64,000 nucleotides of DNA from an uncultured Gammaproteobacteria bacterium. GTDB lineage: Bacteria > Pseudomonadota > Gammaproteobacteria > UBA6002. Positions 60,759 to 64,000 of this stretch are shown here, piece after piece. The position numbers and the translations under genes are program-made. The stretch's first letter is position 1, and every line of letters starts with the position of its first letter. The stretch is from NCBI GenBank assembly GCA_963705725.1, contig CAVPKM010000020.1:1-64000 (forward strand). Reading direction: 5' to 3'. The notes beneath the pieces were generated by a model. The model did not search any database. It saw only the letters and a list, made by a program, of their open reading frames with translations, and was not told where the DNA came from.

Positions 60759-61485
60759 TGGCTTCTTGAGGTGAGTCAGTAATATAAAGTTTGTTTACAT
60801 CTTCCAGTTCTATGGTTTTATTCGCTACTAAAGTATTCACCATAAAGTCTATTAGTGGAGTCCAAAATTCTACACCCATTAAAACGAGAGGGAAATGGGC
60901 AATTTTTTTTGTTTGAATTAAGGTGGCCATTTCAAATAATTCATCCAGTGTTCCAAGGCCTCCTGGCATGGCAATAAAGCCGGATGAATACTTGGTCAAC
61001 ATTACTTTCCTAACGAAAAAATACCGAAAAGTCAACCATGTGTCCAAATAGAGATTGGGCTTTTGCTCTTCAGGAATCCAAATATTGCAGCCGACAGTTG
61101 CGCCATTAACAGATTTTGCTCCCCGTACTGCTGCTTCCATAATTCCCGGGCCACCGCCTGTCATCACCGTATAGCCATTTTGTGCAAGTAGTTTACCCAT
61201 AGCTAGCGCCATTTGATAATACCGGTGTTCTTGAGAGAATCTTGCTGAGCCAAAAATCGTGACACAATTTCTAACGTTCCTGAAAGTATGGAAAGCTTTG
61301 ATGTATTCCATCAAGATACGGCCCGCCCGACCAATTTCTTTTTTGAATTTTTGTGGTCCTCTAAGAAAGCGCCTTTCTTCAGAAGATGGGTCATCTTGCT
61401 CTAATTGTTCTCGTGCTAAAGTGGATTTGATGCGAAGCTCGTTGTTGCCGGTATTCATCATTGTTGCTATTATCCTTATTTTCAA
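60703..61485 (-). CDS. LOG family nucleotide phosphoribohydrolase
   Basis: TIFGSAR, TGGGPGIMEA, YFFVRK, PGGLGTLDE. Confidence 0.92.
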   Translation of the reverse strand: MKIRIIATMMNTGNNELRIKSTLAREQLEQDDPSSEERRFLRGPQKFKKEIGRAGRILMEYIKAFHTFRNVRNCVTIFGSARFSQEHRYYQMALAMGKLLAQNGYTVMTGGGPGIMEAAVRGAKSVNGATVGCNIWIPEEQKPNLYLDTWLTFRYFFVRKVMLTKYSSGFIAMPGGLGTLDELFEMATLIQTKKIAHFPLVLMGVEFWTPLIDFMVNTLVANKTIELEDVNKLYITDSPQEAIEHIMYVKKPSTRPQHDR

Positions 61486-61616
61486 CTAATTCATAATTAT
61501 AGAACTAATTTGTTTTCACTGCACTGTCCTAGTATCTGATTTACTACGTCGTCCCGCGCATGCGTTGACACAGACTGAAACTGCGGGATGGCCAAAGATA
61601 AAATGAGGATCCCCAC

Positions 61617-62372
61617 GTGTTAGCACAACCGCCTCGCTCAAGAGGCATATATCTACTCCCAAATTTATTTACCTTGAGTGCTTTATTCGCGGGCTTCTAC
61701 GCCGTTGTTGCAGCCATGAAAGGAATCTTTGAGCATGCAGCCATTGCGATCTTTATTGCCATGTTAATGGATAGCCTGGATGGTAGGGTAGCTCGGTTAA
61801 CCAATACGCAAACTCCTTTTGGAGCTGAGCTCGATAGTTTGTCGGATATGGTGTCATTTGGAATTGCTCCTGCCTTAGTCATCTATAGCTTTTCACTGGT
61901 TTACATTGGCAAGATAGGATGGCTCGCTGCGTTTGTTTTCACGGCAGCAGTGGCATTGCGTTTAGCCAGATTTAATACTTGCCATTCGCATGATAAACGG
62001 TATTTTCAAGGCCTGGCTTGTCCAGCAGGCGCAGCCATTATTGCAAGCTTAGTCTGGGTATCTGTGGCTTATGGGATAGATGGATACGCCATTCGTCTAT
62101 TTGCAATCATTCTGACGCCAATAGTTGGGCTGTTAATGGTCAGTAATATACACTATCGCAGTTTCAAGGATTTAGATTTAAAAGGAAATGTGCCTTTCTT
62201 TACTATTTTAATCCTCGTTTTTGTTTTTGTTTTAATCTCCCTCGATCCTCCTGATGTCTTATTCGTGGTTTTCTTCCTTTATGGTTTGTCAGGGCCTTTT
62301 ACCCGTATTTGGCATAGCTATCATAAGCGACGACGATTAAAGAAAAATCGTAACTATCCAACCCAAGATTGA
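61617..62372 (+). CDS. pssA: CDP-diacylglycerol--serine O-phosphatidyltransferase
   Basis: GIYLLPNLFT, DSLDGRVAR, GAELDSLSDMVSFG, LRLARFN, LMVS. Confidence 0.95.
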   Translation: MLAQPPRSRGIYLLPNLFTLSALFAGFYAVVAAMKGIFEHAAIAIFIAMLMDSLDGRVARLTNTQTPFGAELDSLSDMVSFGIAPALVIYSFSLVYIGKIGWLAAFVFTAAVALRLARFNTCHSHDKRYFQGLACPAGAAIIASLVWVSVAYGIDGYAIRLFAIILTPIVGLLMVSNIHYRSFKDLDLKGNVPFFTILILVFVFVLISLDPPDVLFVVFFLYGLSGPFTRIWHSYHKRRRLKKNRNYPTQD

Positions 62373-63628
62373 CAAAAAAACTTCCAGCGCTAACTTAATA
62401 AAATTTTAATAATCCAACTATACAATAGTTAACTATTGTCCTTCATCAAACTTTCATGAGAAAACAACCTATGTTTAATAGAAAAAACGACGAGCTTTAT
62501 CAGTTTCATATCAAAGAGGGAGCCGCATATTTTAATGCTGGAAAGTATCTAGAGGCAACCTTAGCATTCACGCTAGCGTTAAAGATCGATGCTCAAAATT
62601 TAGCTTATTTCTACCGCGCTCAAGCTCATGAGAGAACCCAAAACTATGCCGCAGCAGCTAAAGATTTTGAAGATGCTGAAAGATTAGGTTGCAACGATAT
62701 TAATTATTTAACCCGCGGCCTCATGTATATCCAACATTTAAAGCAGACAGCCAAGGCCTTAAAGGACGCCGTTATTTTATTTAAAAAAGACATGAAATCT
62801 GAATGTGCAGAGATTATCGAGCAATGCTTGCCACAGATAAAACTAGGAGACCTAGACGAAATAGAAAAAAAAGATCTCTTTGATAGTATTACCACCCTAG
62901 AGGAGAGGGGCTTATTAGAAATAGCCATTAGCTATTTAGAACCCTGCCTAGTTAAAGATGATCACAATCCACTCTCAGCACGGTTTTGGAAACGAGACAG
63001 TATCATGCATGGCGCGCCTTCTACCGAGAAAGGCACTTTAAAAAACATCGGTGACTATGTGCAAGAAAAAAAGTTGAAACTTGCCGAGAATATAATGCAA
63101 CTGGCTATTCAGACTGGAGTGGAGCAATTTCAAGCCGGTGACAATGAGATGGCCATTACTACTTTTAGCTTAGTCATTGAAGAAAATCCTAAATGTGCCC
63201 TAGCCTTTTATCATCGCGCAGAAGTGCACCATCATCTAAACCAACATGAAGCAGCAATCCAAGATTTTTGCCAAGCTGAAACCTTAGGTTTACCAATAAA
63301 GACGTATAAACGCAGTCTATCCTATGCGTATTTAAATAAAATAAGTGAAGCGCTTGAAGATGCCATGTATGTCGCAAAAAATGGAACAGGAGAAAATGGC
63401 TCAGCGATTGCAGCACTTTGTTTCTCACAAATTACGCTCGACGCACTGAAAAAAATCCCTCGGCGAGAGCTTTTTGATTTTATTCAATGGCTTCCGGGTG
63501 AAGATCAAATTCATTACCTAGGGATAATTCTTAAAAGAGGACCCTTAACTGTGTTAGGAGAACGCTTTTGGAATCCTCAAGTATTCAAACTGACTCCGCA
63601 TATAGAAGATGAATTATTAATGGAGATA
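62349..63628 (+). repeat. Long inverted repeat, right arm (partner 24467-25742)
   Basis: Near-identical to the reverse complement of the left arm; identity decays after ~63470 and is patchy to ~63760. Confidence 0.95.
62394..62426 (+). promoter_or_regulatory. PmrA-box-like TTAAT direct repeat plus -10 upstream of TPR copy 2
   Basis: CTTAATAAAATTTTAATAAT (11-bp spacing) followed by TACAAT. Confidence 0.45.
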
Positions 63629-64000
63629 TATAATTATCTAGACCACGAGTTAGATTCAGAAATAATCTTGCCTGATGCTGCAGACTTAGAAAAAATGGAT
63701 GAACTCATCAAGCTGCCAAGCCGCGTGCAGCAGCTTCGTTATCATATTTGTTGGCAAAATTGTCATGAGTCAAAACAGGAATTATCTCATTATTATTCAA
63801 ATTTACCCTGTGATTCCTACCAATTCGAAGATCACATTCAATATCTAGAAGACTATGTCTATTTGGGGATTATTGAAGCAGGGGGTTTTGTTTTAATGGC
63901 GCTCAAGGATCTATTTAGGCATGCCAAAGATATAGTAGACTATCCCGCTCCAGTTGTAGCTTTTGTAGCTCGTGGCCCAGATACGCGAAGGCGTATTTAT
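62471..64000 (+). CDS. TPR/repeat protein copy 2, runs off the window end (absent from the ORF track)
   Basis: Open frame for 510 codons from MFNRKNDELYQFHIKEG; near-identical to copy 1 for ~370 aa, then a diverged first repeat (RVQQLRYHICWQN...YLEDYVYLG). Confidence 0.9.
   Translation, partial: MFNRKNDELYQFHIKEGAAYFNAGKYLEATLAFTLALKIDAQNLAYFYRAQAHERTQNYAAAAKDFEDAERLGCNDINYLTRGLMYIQHLKQTAKALKDAVILFKKDMKSECAEIIEQCLPQIKLGDLDEIEKKDLFDSITTLEERGLLEIAISYLEPCLVKDDHNPLSARFWKRDSIMHGAPSTEKGTLKNIGDYVQEKKLKLAENIMQLAIQTGVEQFQAGDNEMAITTFSLVIEENPKCALAFYHRAEVHHHLNQHEAAIQDFCQAETLGLPIKTYKRSLSYAYLNKISEALEDAMYVAKNGTGENGSAIAALCFSQITLDALKKIPRRELFDFIQWLPGEDQIHYLGIILKRGPLTVLGERFWNPQVFKLTPHIEDELLMEIYNYLDHELDSEIILPDAADLEKMDELIKLPSRVQQLRYHICWQNCHESKQELSHYYSNLPCDSYQFEDHIQYLEDYVYLGIIEAGGFVLMALKDLFRHAKDIVDYPAPVVAFVARGPDTRRRIY

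Noticed and set aside
62349-63628. Diversity-generating retroelement template/variable pair with 24467-25742
   Set aside because: Mismatches include many C/T and G/A changes at non-adenine positions, the repeat is over 1 kb and N-terminal, and there is no reverse transcriptase in the window.

Overview
This is a 64-kb chromosomal segment of an AT-rich Legionellales-like gammaproteobacterium, probably closer to Coxiellaceae; the taxon is inferred from gene content only. The left end carries the distal half of a Dot/Icm type IVB secretion locus (icmE/dotG, icmG/dotF, icmC/dotE, icmD/dotP, icmJ/dotN, icmB/dotO, then icmF and icmH/dotU on the opposite strand). The rest is core housekeeping DNA interrupted by candidate effector genes. 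Core genes include purD/purH/fis, prmA/accC/accB/aroQ, rpsF/rpsR/rplI/dnaB/alr, typA, tRNA-Pro, ispB, rplU/rpmA/obgE, rpsT, ribF/ileS/lspA/ispH, feoAB, clpB, cls and pssA. The candidate effectors are a PTP-like pseudophosphatase, an ankyrin plus PLP-fold protein, a CE-clan protease-like protein, two tandem paralogous membrane proteins (one with a 26-unit coiled-coil VNTR), and two copies of a large TPR protein. The two TPR copies share about 1.27 kb of near-identical promoter and 5' coding DNA in inverted orientation around a 36.6-kb core segment, then diverge in an array of an unrecognised ~140-aa repeat; this is the most interesting structure in the window. Two families of miniature palindromic elements are scattered through intergenic regions, nest inside each other and supply the 3' ends of several genes. 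The first ~385 bp are GC-rich foreign sequence, probably a chimeric contig end. Several essential genes carry single-base frameshifts typical of long-read indel errors.
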